Below, in pieces: positions 37,135-44,220 of a DNA stretch of 59,337 nt. The notes under the pieces were generated by a model. It made no database searches. It was not told the origin of the DNA and saw only the letters and a program-made list of their open reading frames with translations. Numbering within the stretch: the first letter of the stretch is position 1; each line of letters starts with the position of its first letter. Made by a program: the position numbers and the translations under genes. Source of the stretch: a virus; the IMG/VR virus record IMGVR_UViG_3300045988_133192; one strand, given 5' to 3'.

Positions 37135-37542
37135 ATGAAGATCGAAGAGCTGAACACTGGCCGCAAGATCGACTATGAGCTGCGCGGCACGAAGCTGGAC
37201 TTTGCCGACAGCACCCTTGTGATGAACCTCGCAAAGTACCAGAAAGAGGACACCGTCACCGCCACCATCACCGCCAACGCGCAGGGCAACTTGGCCGTCG
37301 ATGCAGACAACGGCCTGTACTACGTCGCACAGGTCGAAATCCCCGGCTATGAGTACGAGGACGTCGAGGTCGAAGGCCCTGCCGAAAACGACACCATGAC
37401 CGCCGCAGCAGCGGAGGACACCGATGTGCAGGCCGAGGACACCGCGCCCACTACCCACATCGAGCGCAAGGCAAAGCCGCTCGACACCGAAAAGGTCACG
37501 CTGCGCCTATGGAGCATCGAAGACTTTGAAAGCATCCTGTAA
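37135..37542 (+). CDS. hypothetical acidic tail-fibre-module protein
   Basis: Coupled (TAAATG) to the upstream gene. Confidence 0.55.
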   Translation: MKIEELNTGRKIDYELRGTKLDFADSTLVMNLAKYQKEDTVTATITANAQGNLAVDADNGLYYVAQVEIPGYEYEDVEVEGPAENDTMTAAAAEDTDVQAEDTAPTTHIERKAKPLDTEKVTLRLWSIEDFESIL

Positions 37543-37555
37543 GGAGGACTGAACT

Positions 37556-38662
37556 ATGGCAAACAATTTCGACGCCGCCGCTTTTGCGGTCAAATGCGCT
37601 TTTCCCGACAATCAGCTGATGATGGACGACACCGATCAGCCGTCCCTGCACGTCTGGATTCCGGCTTTCCGGCTCTGCGATGTGCTGTCCACTTCCAGCA
37701 CCGATATCCACCCAGCGTTCCGCGTCAACGGCAAGGAGATTTCCGGCTTCTGGCTGGGCAAGTACCAGAGCAAGGTCTATAATGGCCGCTCTTACAGCCT
37801 TCCCGCCGAAGATCCTGCTGTCAGCCGCACCTGTGATTCGTTCGCTGCATCCTGTGTGGCAAAGGGCAAGGGCTGGCACGAAGTCACCAATGCAGAATGG
37901 GCCGCCATTGCGCTCTGGTGCCACAAGCACGGCTGCGAACCCTACGGCAATAACAACTATGGCAAGGACAGCCGCGAGACCGAATATGTCGGCATCCCTG
38001 CACCCGGCGTACAGGACAGCGGCAAGACCGCCCGCATCCTGACCGGCACTGGCCCGGTTACTTACAGCCACAACGGCAAAATGTCCGGCGTGTTCGATAT
38101 GAACGGCAACGTCTGGGAATGGGTGTTGGGCTTGCGTCTGGTCAAGGGCGAATTGCAGGTCATCCTTGACAACAACTCCGCAGACAACACCGTGTCCTAT
38201 GCAGCATCCGGCAGCGCGTGGAAAGCAATCAAGGCCAGTGATGGCAGCCTGATCACCCCGGACGGCAACGGCATCACCGAGGGCAGCATCAAGCTGAACG
38301 TCGTGAGCGGCAAGGCGGTATGGGATACCACCATTGCAGACCAGAAGGACGAGGGCCGGGGCTGCTCGTTCAAGGACATCACCGCAGGTTCCGGCGTGAG
38401 CGACGCCGCAAAGCTGCTGCTGATGTCTCTGGCTCTCATGCCGGACACCGCTCTGACCGGCGACGGCATCGATGCCACCTACGGTGGCGATTACTTCTAC
38501 TTCAACAACGGCGCAGAGGAGCGGTGCCCGCTCCGGGGCGGCTCCTGGTTCTACGGCGGCAACGCTGGCGTGTTCTATTTGAACCTCTCCTATCCGCGTT
38601 CGGGCTCGTACTGGTTCATCGGGGGCCGTTGCGCTTTTGTTGAGCTGCCCGCTGAAGCCTGA
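37556..38662 (+). CDS. DGR target protein, FGE-sulfatase/C-type-lectin-fold receptor-binding candidate
   Basis: GWHEVTNAEWAAIALW, GNVWEWV, and C-terminal GGSWFYGGNAGVFYLNLSYPRSGSYWFIGGRCAF, which is encoded by the VR. Confidence 0.9.
   Translation: MANNFDAAAFAVKCAFPDNQLMMDDTDQPSLHVWIPAFRLCDVLSTSSTDIHPAFRVNGKEISGFWLGKYQSKVYNGRSYSLPAEDPAVSRTCDSFAASCVAKGKGWHEVTNAEWAAIALWCHKHGCEPYGNNNYGKDSRETEYVGIPAPGVQDSGKTARILTGTGPVTYSHNGKMSGVFDMNGNVWEWVLGLRLVKGELQVILDNNSADNTVSYAASGSAWKAIKASDGSLITPDGNGITEGSIKLNVVSGKAVWDTTIADQKDEGRGCSFKDITAGSGVSDAAKLLLMSLALMPDTALTGDGIDATYGGDYFYFNNGAEERCPLRGGSWFYGGNAGVFYLNLSYPRSGSYWFIGGRCAFVELPAEA
38521..38638 (+). repeat. DGR variable repeat (VR)
   Basis: Gap-free alignment to TR at offset 696. 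14 mismatches within 38522-38637, all opposite TR adenines. Confidence 0.9.
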
Positions 38663-38671
38663 TAAGCTGAC

Positions 38672-38693
38672 GGCCTGCGCGGGAGCGCGGGCC
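38672..38693 (+). promoter_or_regulatory. GC-rich hairpin with GGGA tetraloop just 3' of VR
   Basis: ggcctgcgc-ggga-gcgcgggcc (9-bp stem including one G-T pair), 34 nt after the end of VR homology. Confidence 0.6.
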
Positions 38694-38749
38694 AAAAGCA
38701 AGAACCCATAAAGGCGCGGTGGGCCAGCGGGCCGCCGCGCTGAACCATA

Positions 38750-39178
38750 TTGGAGGTGTTGACTGTGCCGAATGAAACCGAAGTGCCGCCCCAGCAGGGG
38801 CAACCCGAAGAGGGCGGCCAACCTTATGAGCCGTTCCATCTGCGGGAGCGAATCGAGGAAATGATCTTATATGCTTGGGAGCCTGTCACGCAATTCCCGC
38901 GAAAAGACCGGGCATTGTCCGACAAGCTCAAAGAAATTATGACCGACCTCTATGAACTCTCTATCCAGATTGACAACAGGCACATGAGGAAAACGACCGC
39001 CAATAATCTGGACGACAAGCTCGACGTACTGCGTGGCTTTGTGCGGCTGGCGGCGAACAAAAAGTTACACGGGGGCAAATACCCGCCACCGCTCAATATG
39101 CACCAGTATGAAGTCTGGGCGAGATACAACGATGAAATCGGCAGGATTTTAGGCGGCTATCTAAAGACGCTGAAATGA
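38750..39178 (+). CDS. avd: Avd-like four-helix-bundle accessory variability determinant
   Basis: QFPRKDRALSDKLKEIMTDLYELSIQI...LDVLRGFVRLA pattern; located between VR and TR. The true start may be the GTG at 38765 (8 nt after GGAGG). Confidence 0.8.
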   Translation: MEVLTVPNETEVPPQQGQPEEGGQPYEPFHLRERIEEMILYAWEPVTQFPRKDRALSDKLKEIMTDLYELSIQIDNRHMRKTTANNLDDKLDVLRGFVRLAANKKLHGGKYPPPLNMHQYEVWARYNDEIGRILGGYLKTLK

Positions 39179-39216
39179 CCTGCCGTTTTTCATACATGGG
39201 GATAGGCTGTATTTCT

Positions 39217-39334
39217 ACGGTGCCCGCTCCGGGGCGGCAACTGGAACAACGGCGGCAACGCTGGCGTGTTCAATTTGAACCTCAACAATCCGCGTTCGAA
39301 CTCGAACTGGAACATCGGGGGCCGTTGCGCTTTA
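39217..39334 (+). repeat. DGR template repeat (TR)
   Basis: Rich in AAC/AAT codons (23 adenines in 39218-39333). Non-coding context between avd and the RT gene. Confidence 0.9.
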
Positions 39335-39509
39335 CACCTGCAACACACATTATGTGCGGTGACACCACATCGGACAGGAGGGTCACAATCTACGGGCTGT
39401 GATCGGTATGTGGGTCTAAAGGAGCCTATTTACCATTCCGGGCAGACAACCCGGAAAAATTTTGTATTGCTGCGAAGGCGGGAACGTCACGCGCAGCGAC
39501 GGTGAAACA

Positions 39510-40676
39510 ATGGCACAAAATATAAATACGATCAATAATGCGTGGGCGGTTATGACGGAGTTTGAATACCTCATAAAAGCCGACCACAATGCCCGCAAAG
39601 GCAAGCGATACAGGCCCGAAGTTCTGGCTTTTACCGCGCAGCTTGAGCGGAATATTTTCGACATTCAAGCCCAAATGCTGGGCGGGACGTACATTCTTGG
39701 CCCATACCGCAAACTTTGGGTATATGTTCCGAAAAAGCGGCTTGTAATGGCCCTTGGCTACTCCGACCGCATTGTCCAGTGGAGCCTATACCAGTATTTG
39801 AACCCGATATATGACAAGCTCTTTATTGAGGATTCCTACGCTTGCAGAAAGGGTAAAGGCAGCCACCGGGCCGCCGCCCGCTTGCAATATTGGGTGCGGA
39901 AGGTCAGCCGCAAGCCGGATGGCTGGTATTATCTGAAGCTGGACATCTCAAAATTTTTCTACCGCGTCCACCATGAAAAGCTGCTGAACATCCTCTCGAA
40001 GCGCATCAAAGACCCGCAGCTGATGGCGTTTCTGGAAAAGGTCATAAACAGCAGGGCGCAGCCGTTCGGCCTGCCACGCGGCAAAGCCCCACAGGATACG
40101 CCGCCGGGGGACTGGCTCTATGACGTCGGTATGCCCATCGGCAACCTTACCAGCCAGCTTTTTGCGAACATATATCTCAACGAACTTGACCAGTTTGCAA
40201 AACACGTCTTGCGCATCCACTACTACATCCGCTATATGGACGATGTGATTATACTGGCAAAGGACAAAGAAACCCTGCACCGCTGGAAAGCCGAAATCGA
40301 AGCATTTTTGAACGATGAACTCCACCTCGATCTGAACGACAAAACGTGCATCCGACCTGTACGAGCTGGCATCGAATTTGTGGGCGTTCGCATCTACGCC
40401 ACCCACATGAAGTTGCGCAAGTCCACCACCAGCCGGCTGAAACGCGAAATCCGAAAGATCACTGAACTGTACGCCACCGGGCAAATGAGCAAAGCCGACT
40501 TTGACCGCCGCACGGCCAGTGTCAACGGCCTGCTGGAGCATACCGACAGCGCGAGCTTGCGCGGCCGCCTGAACCTGATCTATTTTGATACCATGCGGAA
40601 GAACGGAAAGCTCATACAGCCCGACGCCGGAATCTGGAAAGGGAACCATGAAGCAAGAGCACAAAAGCTGGCCTGA
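39510..40676 (+). CDS. DGR reverse transcriptase
   Basis: IRYMDDVIIL (YMDD) and the DGR-typical PIGNLTSQLFANIYLNELD motif. ATG at 39510 is internal to ORF 39462-40676. Confidence 0.95.
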   Translation: MAQNINTINNAWAVMTEFEYLIKADHNARKGKRYRPEVLAFTAQLERNIFDIQAQMLGGTYILGPYRKLWVYVPKKRLVMALGYSDRIVQWSLYQYLNPIYDKLFIEDSYACRKGKGSHRAAARLQYWVRKVSRKPDGWYYLKLDISKFFYRVHHEKLLNILSKRIKDPQLMAFLEKVINSRAQPFGLPRGKAPQDTPPGDWLYDVGMPIGNLTSQLFANIYLNELDQFAKHVLRIHYYIRYMDDVIILAKDKETLHRWKAEIEAFLNDELHLDLNDKTCIRPVRAGIEFVGVRIYATHMKLRKSTTSRLKREIRKITELYATGQMSKADFDRRTASVNGLLEHTDSASLRGRLNLIYFDTMRKNGKLIQPDAGIWKGNHEARAQKLA

Positions 40677-40833
40677 CCTGTGCGAAAGCCTGCTGGACAG
40701 GCTGGAAGCAGCAGGGGAGCCGACTACCAAAGAGCGGGCCGAATTTGGCGTCCTGCTTGTGGGCTGCTGCATGAAAGACTGTGGCGCAGACCTGCGGCCC
40801 AAATCCGAACAGATGGGAGGTGAACTGAAATGA
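40648..40833 (+). CDS. small hypothetical protein (61 aa)
   Basis: ATG at 40648 overlaps the RT 3' end; its stop overlaps the next start (ATGA). Confidence 0.4.
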   Translation: MKQEHKSWPDLCESLLDRLEAAGEPTTKERAEFGVLLVGCCMKDCGADLRPKSEQMGGELK

Positions 40834-41288
40834 GCCTGAAAGCCATCTGGGAAGCGTGGGGGCCTGTCATGGTCACGCCTGCCGTCATCGTCCTGCTGTC
40901 CCTTGTCGAGATTGCGCCTATCAAAATCAACCCTTGGTCGGCCATTATGAAATTTTTGGGCAGCCGCCTGAACTCCGATGTAACGGCCCGCCTTGACACG
41001 ATGCAGCAGTGCCAGACCGAAACGCGGCAAAGGTTGGACGAGCATATCGAAAAGGACGACGCCCAAACCGCCAGCCTTTGGCGAACCCAAATCCTGCGGT
41101 TTAATGATGAGCTGCTGCACGACCGGCGGCACACCAAAGAACACTTTGATGAAATCCTTGGCACCATCAAGGACTACGAAACTTACTGCCATACGCACGA
41201 TGACTACCCCAACGGCAAGTGCGTCCACGCCATCGCCAACATCAACCGCGTGTACGACGAGCTGCTGGAAAGCCATGACTTTTTATGA
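40830..41288 (+). CDS. N-terminally membrane-anchored coiled-coil protein (lysis-associated?)
   Basis: TM segment VMVTPAVIVLLSLVEIAPI followed by a helical domain; precedes the endolysin gene. Confidence 0.55.
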   Translation: MSLKAIWEAWGPVMVTPAVIVLLSLVEIAPIKINPWSAIMKFLGSRLNSDVTARLDTMQQCQTETRQRLDEHIEKDDAQTASLWRTQILRFNDELLHDRRHTKEHFDEILGTIKDYETYCHTHDDYPNGKCVHAIANINRVYDELLESHDFL

Positions 41289-41314
41289 CCCACAACGGAG
41301 AGGAATGATTTTGT

Positions 41315-41986
41315 ATGAGCATCGTAACCTTTAAGCGCGGCGACACCACCGCACTGACCAAAAATTTCACCCGTGACGAATTCCAGTGCCAGTGCAAAAA
41401 GTGCGAAGCCCAGATGATCGACACGGAGCTTGTAGAAAAGCTGCAACGCATCCGGGACGTGCTGGGCGTCCCGCTGAAGATCACGTCCGGGTATCGCTGC
41501 ATCACCCACAACGCAAGCAAGGCCGTACAGGGCAGCCGAACCAGTAAGCACCTGTATGGGTTTGCCGCAGACTGGCGCACCATCAACCGAACCGTGAACC
41601 CGGTCGCGCTTGGCATCATCGCGCAGGCGGTCGGCTTTGGCGGTATCGGCATCTACTGGCACCCCAAAGCGGCCATGTGCCACGCGGACACCCGCGCAGG
41701 CAAGGCAACGTGGCTTTGCACGTCGCCGAGGGTCTATCCCTCAACCACATACAACGCCTTTATTCTGCCCACCATCCGGCAGGGCAGCACCGGGGCGGCG
41801 AACAAGTCGGCAATCATCCTGCTGCAAAAGCTCCTGAAGCTCAAAGAGGACGGCAATTTTGGGCCTGCTACCACTCAGGCCCTTATTTATGCCCAGAAGC
41901 AGCACGGCTTGACCGCTGACGGTATTTGCGGCCCTGTGAGCTGGAAAGCTCTTTCGGGGGCCGACAAGTACCTGAAAAAGCTGTGA
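41315..41986 (+). CDS. endolysin: Peptidase_M15-like domain plus PG_binding_1 domain
   Basis: FTRDEFQCQCKKC, ITSGYRCITHNA, SKHLYGFAADW. C-terminal GNFGPATTQALIYAQKQHGLTADGICGPVSWKAL. Confidence 0.85.
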   Translation: MSIVTFKRGDTTALTKNFTRDEFQCQCKKCEAQMIDTELVEKLQRIRDVLGVPLKITSGYRCITHNASKAVQGSRTSKHLYGFAADWRTINRTVNPVALGIIAQAVGFGGIGIYWHPKAAMCHADTRAGKATWLCTSPRVYPSTTYNAFILPTIRQGSTGAANKSAIILLQKLLKLKEDGNFGPATTQALIYAQKQHGLTADGICGPVSWKALSGADKYLKKL

Positions 41987-41996
41987 GGTGACGCCA

Positions 41997-42293
41997 ATGC
42001 AGGAAGTTCACATCAACGTCAACCCCACCACACGCCACCAGCGCAAGAGAAAGGGCGCACAGCGCGGTTTTATGGATAAAGCCGTAATCTATTGCCTTTT
42101 CATGTGTACCGTGCTGGACGCCGCGATTCTGACCCTCTACTGGCACAGCGTCACGGCCCCGGACAGTCTGGCTACTGCTGCAATGGCCGCCCCTTGGATG
42201 GTCGAATTTGGAGCAATGGCAACCATCAAGAAGCACAAGATAACAACCCCGGCCGACGACAGCCAGCCGGACGATGAAAACAAAGGAGAATAA
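41997..42293 (+). CDS. putative holin (two hydrophobic segments)
   Basis: AVIYCLFMCTVLDAAILTLYW and LATAAMAAPWMVEFGAMATI, with a charged C-terminus. ATG 6 nt after GAGGTG. Confidence 0.5.
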   Translation: MQEVHINVNPTTRHQRKRKGAQRGFMDKAVIYCLFMCTVLDAAILTLYWHSVTAPDSLATAAMAAPWMVEFGAMATIKKHKITTPADDSQPDDENKGE

Positions 42294-42295
42294 TC

Positions 42296-42676
42296 ATGGA
42301 CGAATTTCTGAAAGTCGCTATTACCGCCTGCATCCCTGCCTTTACCGTCATTTTCGGCTGGGGCGTCAACAAGGCCGCCAGCATCGCCAACAGCTATGTG
42401 CATAACCAGTTTGTGCAGCATTGCATCCAGAACGCCGCCAACGCGGTTCTTAACGCCGTGTCCGACGTCAACCAGACCTATGTTGACAGCCTGAAAGAAT
42501 CCGACAAGTTCGACGAGGAAGCCCAGAAGCGGGCCTTTGCCGACGCTCTGGCGACCGCGAAGAAGTCCCTCACCACCGAAACGATCTTGTTCATCAAAGA
42601 AACCTTTGGCGACGTGGACGCCTACCTGACCCCCATGATCGAAGCACAGGTGCGCAGCCAGAAGACCTATATGTGA
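42296..42676 (+). CDS. Holin_LLH-like (phage holin family 6-like) protein
   Basis: N-terminal TM AITACIPAFTVIFGWGV followed by a long helical tail; last gene of the lysis cassette. Confidence 0.55.
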   Translation: MDEFLKVAITACIPAFTVIFGWGVNKAASIANSYVHNQFVQHCIQNAANAVLNAVSDVNQTYVDSLKESDKFDEEAQKRAFADALATAKKSLTTETILFIKETFGDVDAYLTPMIEAQVRSQKTYM

Positions 42677-42696
42677 TGTTTGCCTGACACCACGAA

Positions 42697-42735
42697 AACA
42701 TGACCATTTTCGGCACCTCACGAAAATGGTATGTT
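42697..42735. repeat. 16/15-nt inverted repeat with 8-nt spacer
   Basis: aacatgaccattttcg-gcacctca-cgaaaatggtatgtt, with no T-run after it. Confidence 0.7.
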
Positions 42736-42802
42736 CCCGACACAAATGCCGGAAACATCCCGCCTTAAACGCGCTTTTTGCAAAAAGTCAGCGTAAAATT
42801 AT

Positions 42803-42822
42803 CGCAAATCGCGCGATTTGCG
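42803..42822. repeat. 20-bp perfect palindrome CGCAAATCGCGCGATTTGCG
   Basis: Self-complementary by direct reading. A second hairpin, gcgcgt-attaa-acgcgc, lies at 42820-42836. Confidence 0.9.
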
Positions 42823-42848
42823 CGTATTAAACGCGCGGCGCGCGATTC

Positions 42849-42878
42849 CGTGCAATTATCGTGCAATCTCCGTGCAAT
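42849..42878 (+). repeat. 3 direct repeats of CGTGCAAT at 11-bp spacing, abutting a -35 box
   Basis: Copies at 42849, 42860 and 42871; the TTGACA box is at 42889. Confidence 0.85.
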
Positions 42879-42888
42879 TCCGGCCCGC

Positions 42889-42917
42889 TTGACACCTGGC
42901 CAAAATCCGGGTAAAAT
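42889..42917 (+). promoter_or_regulatory. strong sigma70-type promoter TTGACA-N17-TAAAAT
   Basis: ttgacacctggccaaaatccgggtaaaat. Confidence 0.7.
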
Positions 42918-42922
42918 AGGGC

Positions 42923-43085
42923 CACTTGAAAGGTTCCGACCTTTGTAGGGAGCGGCCCGCCCGGTCTGGGCGTTTCGCTCTTGATTTTTATTTGGCCGCT
43001 ATGGCAGCATAAAATCCCCTGATCTGACCGAAGCCCAACGCGCCGCGCCGGGTACATCGTAGGCAGACCGGGGGATTTTTTATTG
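42923..43085 (+). ncRNA. candidate ~160-nt structured non-coding RNA
   Basis: Promoter 42889-42917 and a U-run terminator (cccctgatctg...cagaccggggg-attttttatt). No plausible ORF. Internal hairpins at 42929-42944 and 42956-42972. Confidence 0.4.
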
Positions 43086-43153
43086 ACTACAATCTGAAGT
43101 CACTTGCAACTTAGCTTGAGAATCTTAAAACCAGCTTGAAATTTAGCTTGACA

Positions 43154-43206
43154 AAGGCCCATCTTTGAGCATTTTTTTTCGCTCTCTGATGGGCCTTTTT
43201 CTTTTG
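43154..43206 (+). terminator. hairpin plus T-run terminator
   Basis: aggcccatc...gatgggcct (9 bp) followed by ttttt cttttg. The junction resembles 71-90. Confidence 0.6.
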
Positions 43207-43227
43207 CGTATTTTATTATCACACCTG

Positions 43228-43256
43228 TTGACTTTTCAGCAAAAACGGAGGATAGT
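43228..43256 (+). promoter_or_regulatory. promoter cassette lacking the operator (TTGACT-N17-GATAGT)
   Basis: Same cacctgTTGACT context as the other cassettes, but the spacer tttcagcaaaaacggag has no CTCACA motif. Confidence 0.55.
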
Positions 43257-43304
43257 ATTCTTGTAAGGCAGAGATGAAATCTCTTACAGAAAGGAATGAG
43301 GTGA

Positions 43305-43421
43305 ATGGACTTGAACGTAAGCGAAGCACTTCTCCGGGCTATCTTGGAGCTGATCGAGAAGTGCGACACCCTCGAAGAGCTGCGCGAAAGCGTTAAGCGA
43401 ATCATGGGCGAGAGCAAATAA
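43305..43421 (+). CDS. 38-aa helical peptide (MDLNVSEALLRAILELIEKCDTLEELRESVKRIMGESK)
   Basis: Only ORF between promoter 43228 and terminators 43425-43510. AAGGA lies 9 nt upstream. Confidence 0.4.
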   Translation: MDLNVSEALLRAILELIEKCDTLEELRESVKRIMGESK

Positions 43422-43469
43422 AAAAGAGCGGCGCCACCCTAAGACAACCGCTCTTTGACGCCCCACGAT

Positions 43470-43510
43470 AAAGGCGGATCGGAAGCATTACTCCGACCGC
43501 CTTTATTTTA
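43470..43510 (+). terminator. Rho-independent terminator
   Basis: aaaggcgg(a)tcgg...ccga-ccgccttt followed by attttatt. Confidence 0.75.
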
Positions 43511-43599
43511 TTACATCCAGCTTTTGAAATCAAGATGCTTTTTCACATTTTGCACCGAGTTTTCCACACAAATGAGAGCGAAAAATATTATCTTGCCTG

Positions 43600-43628
43600 T
43601 TGACTTACTCTTATTTGTGAGCGATAAT
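43600..43628 (+). promoter_or_regulatory. early promoter cassette with operator (reverse orientation) in the spacer
   Basis: TTGACT-N17-GATAAT. ctcttatttgtgag at 43608-43621; an upstream operator-like cacacaaatgagag at 43566-43579. Confidence 0.7.
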
Positions 43629-43682
43629 ATAGACACAAGGGAAATACAAACACACATCAAAGAGCATTTGGAGGTATTTACC

Positions 43683-43955
43683 ATGACTAAGTTCACCGAC
43701 GGCAAGCAGATCGCAACCATCACCATGACCGACAACAACACCGGCTGTGACTACGAAAACGAGTTTTTCGAGGTCGGCGGCCTGAAGCTCAACGAAGAGC
43801 TGAACGCCTACGAGGTCGAGGATGTAACCTACCTGACCGACTACGCCCAGAGCTACGTTGACGGTACAAACCCCGACGTCGATTATACCGAAGACGAAAA
43901 CGGCAACGTCATGGACACTCACACCACGCTGACCTACACCATCGAAAGCATGTAA
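43683..43955 (+). CDS. highly acidic small protein (90 aa)
   Basis: ATG at 43683 after GGAGG. D/E/T/N-rich (DYENEFFEVGG...DVDYTEDENGNVMD). Confidence 0.6.
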   Translation: MTKFTDGKQIATITMTDNNTGCDYENEFFEVGGLKLNEELNAYEVEDVTYLTDYAQSYVDGTNPDVDYTEDENGNVMDTHTTLTYTIESM

Positions 43956-43969
43956 GGAGGGCCACAGCC

Positions 43970-44149
43970 ATGAGAGAAGCTAAAGAGATCGCCGCCGACA
44001 TCAACGCCGCTGATACTTGGGAGCCTGAACTTTGCGCAGAGCTGTGCGAAGCGGCCGGCATGACTGCCGAATGGGAAGCAGCTGACCCGGACGACTTTGA
44101 GCGTGTCCTGTTCGATGCAGCCGAAAAGCTGGGCGTCGAGATCATCTAA
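43970..44149 (+). CDS. highly acidic small protein (59 aa, MREAKEIAADINAADTWEPELCAELCEAAGMTAEWEAADPDDFERVLFDAAEKLGVEII)
   Basis: AGGAGG RBS at 43955-43960. Under the ORF-track threshold. Followed by terminator 44176-44220. Confidence 0.55.
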   Translation: MREAKEIAADINAADTWEPELCAELCEAAGMTAEWEAADPDDFERVLFDAAEKLGVEII

Positions 44150-44175
44150 CCAGCGGCACGACCCAGCTGCACGAC

Positions 44176-44220
44176 AAAGGCCCGGTGAACCGCGATCTGC
44201 GGCACCGGGCCTTTTCTCTT
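44176..44220. terminator. bidirectional terminator
   Basis: aaaggcccggtg...caccgggccttt (12 bp), flanked by an A-run and a T-run; lies between convergent genes. Confidence 0.8.

Larger units (their letters stand above)
37556..40676 (+). mobile_element. Diversity-generating retroelement cassette (target-avd-TR-RT)
   Basis: See the component features below. TR/VR differ only at TR adenines. Confidence 0.9.

Noticed and set aside
39175-39402. 75-aa plus-strand ORF covering the TR
   Set aside because: It is the non-coding DGR template repeat read through. Its apparent similarity to the target C-terminus comes from TR/VR homology, not from a separate gene.
42849-42878. Possible CRISPR-like array (short direct repeats)
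   Set aside because: The repeats are only 8 bp long with 3-bp spacers and there are only three copies. There are no cas genes. The pattern fits protein-binding iterons, not CRISPR.
43100-43152. AGCTTGA repeated three times (43113, 43133, 43145) as a functional iteron set
   Set aside because: The motif is short (7 bp) and the spacing is irregular (20 and 12 bp). It sits in an AT-rich spacer between two terminators, so chance occurrence cannot be excluded.
42827-43417. Minus-strand ORFs 42827-43057 (76 aa) and 43100-43417 (105 aa)
   Set aside because: They run across promoters, terminators and hairpins of the plus-strand units. They have no RBS and implausible composition. The region is better explained as regulatory and ncRNA sequence.
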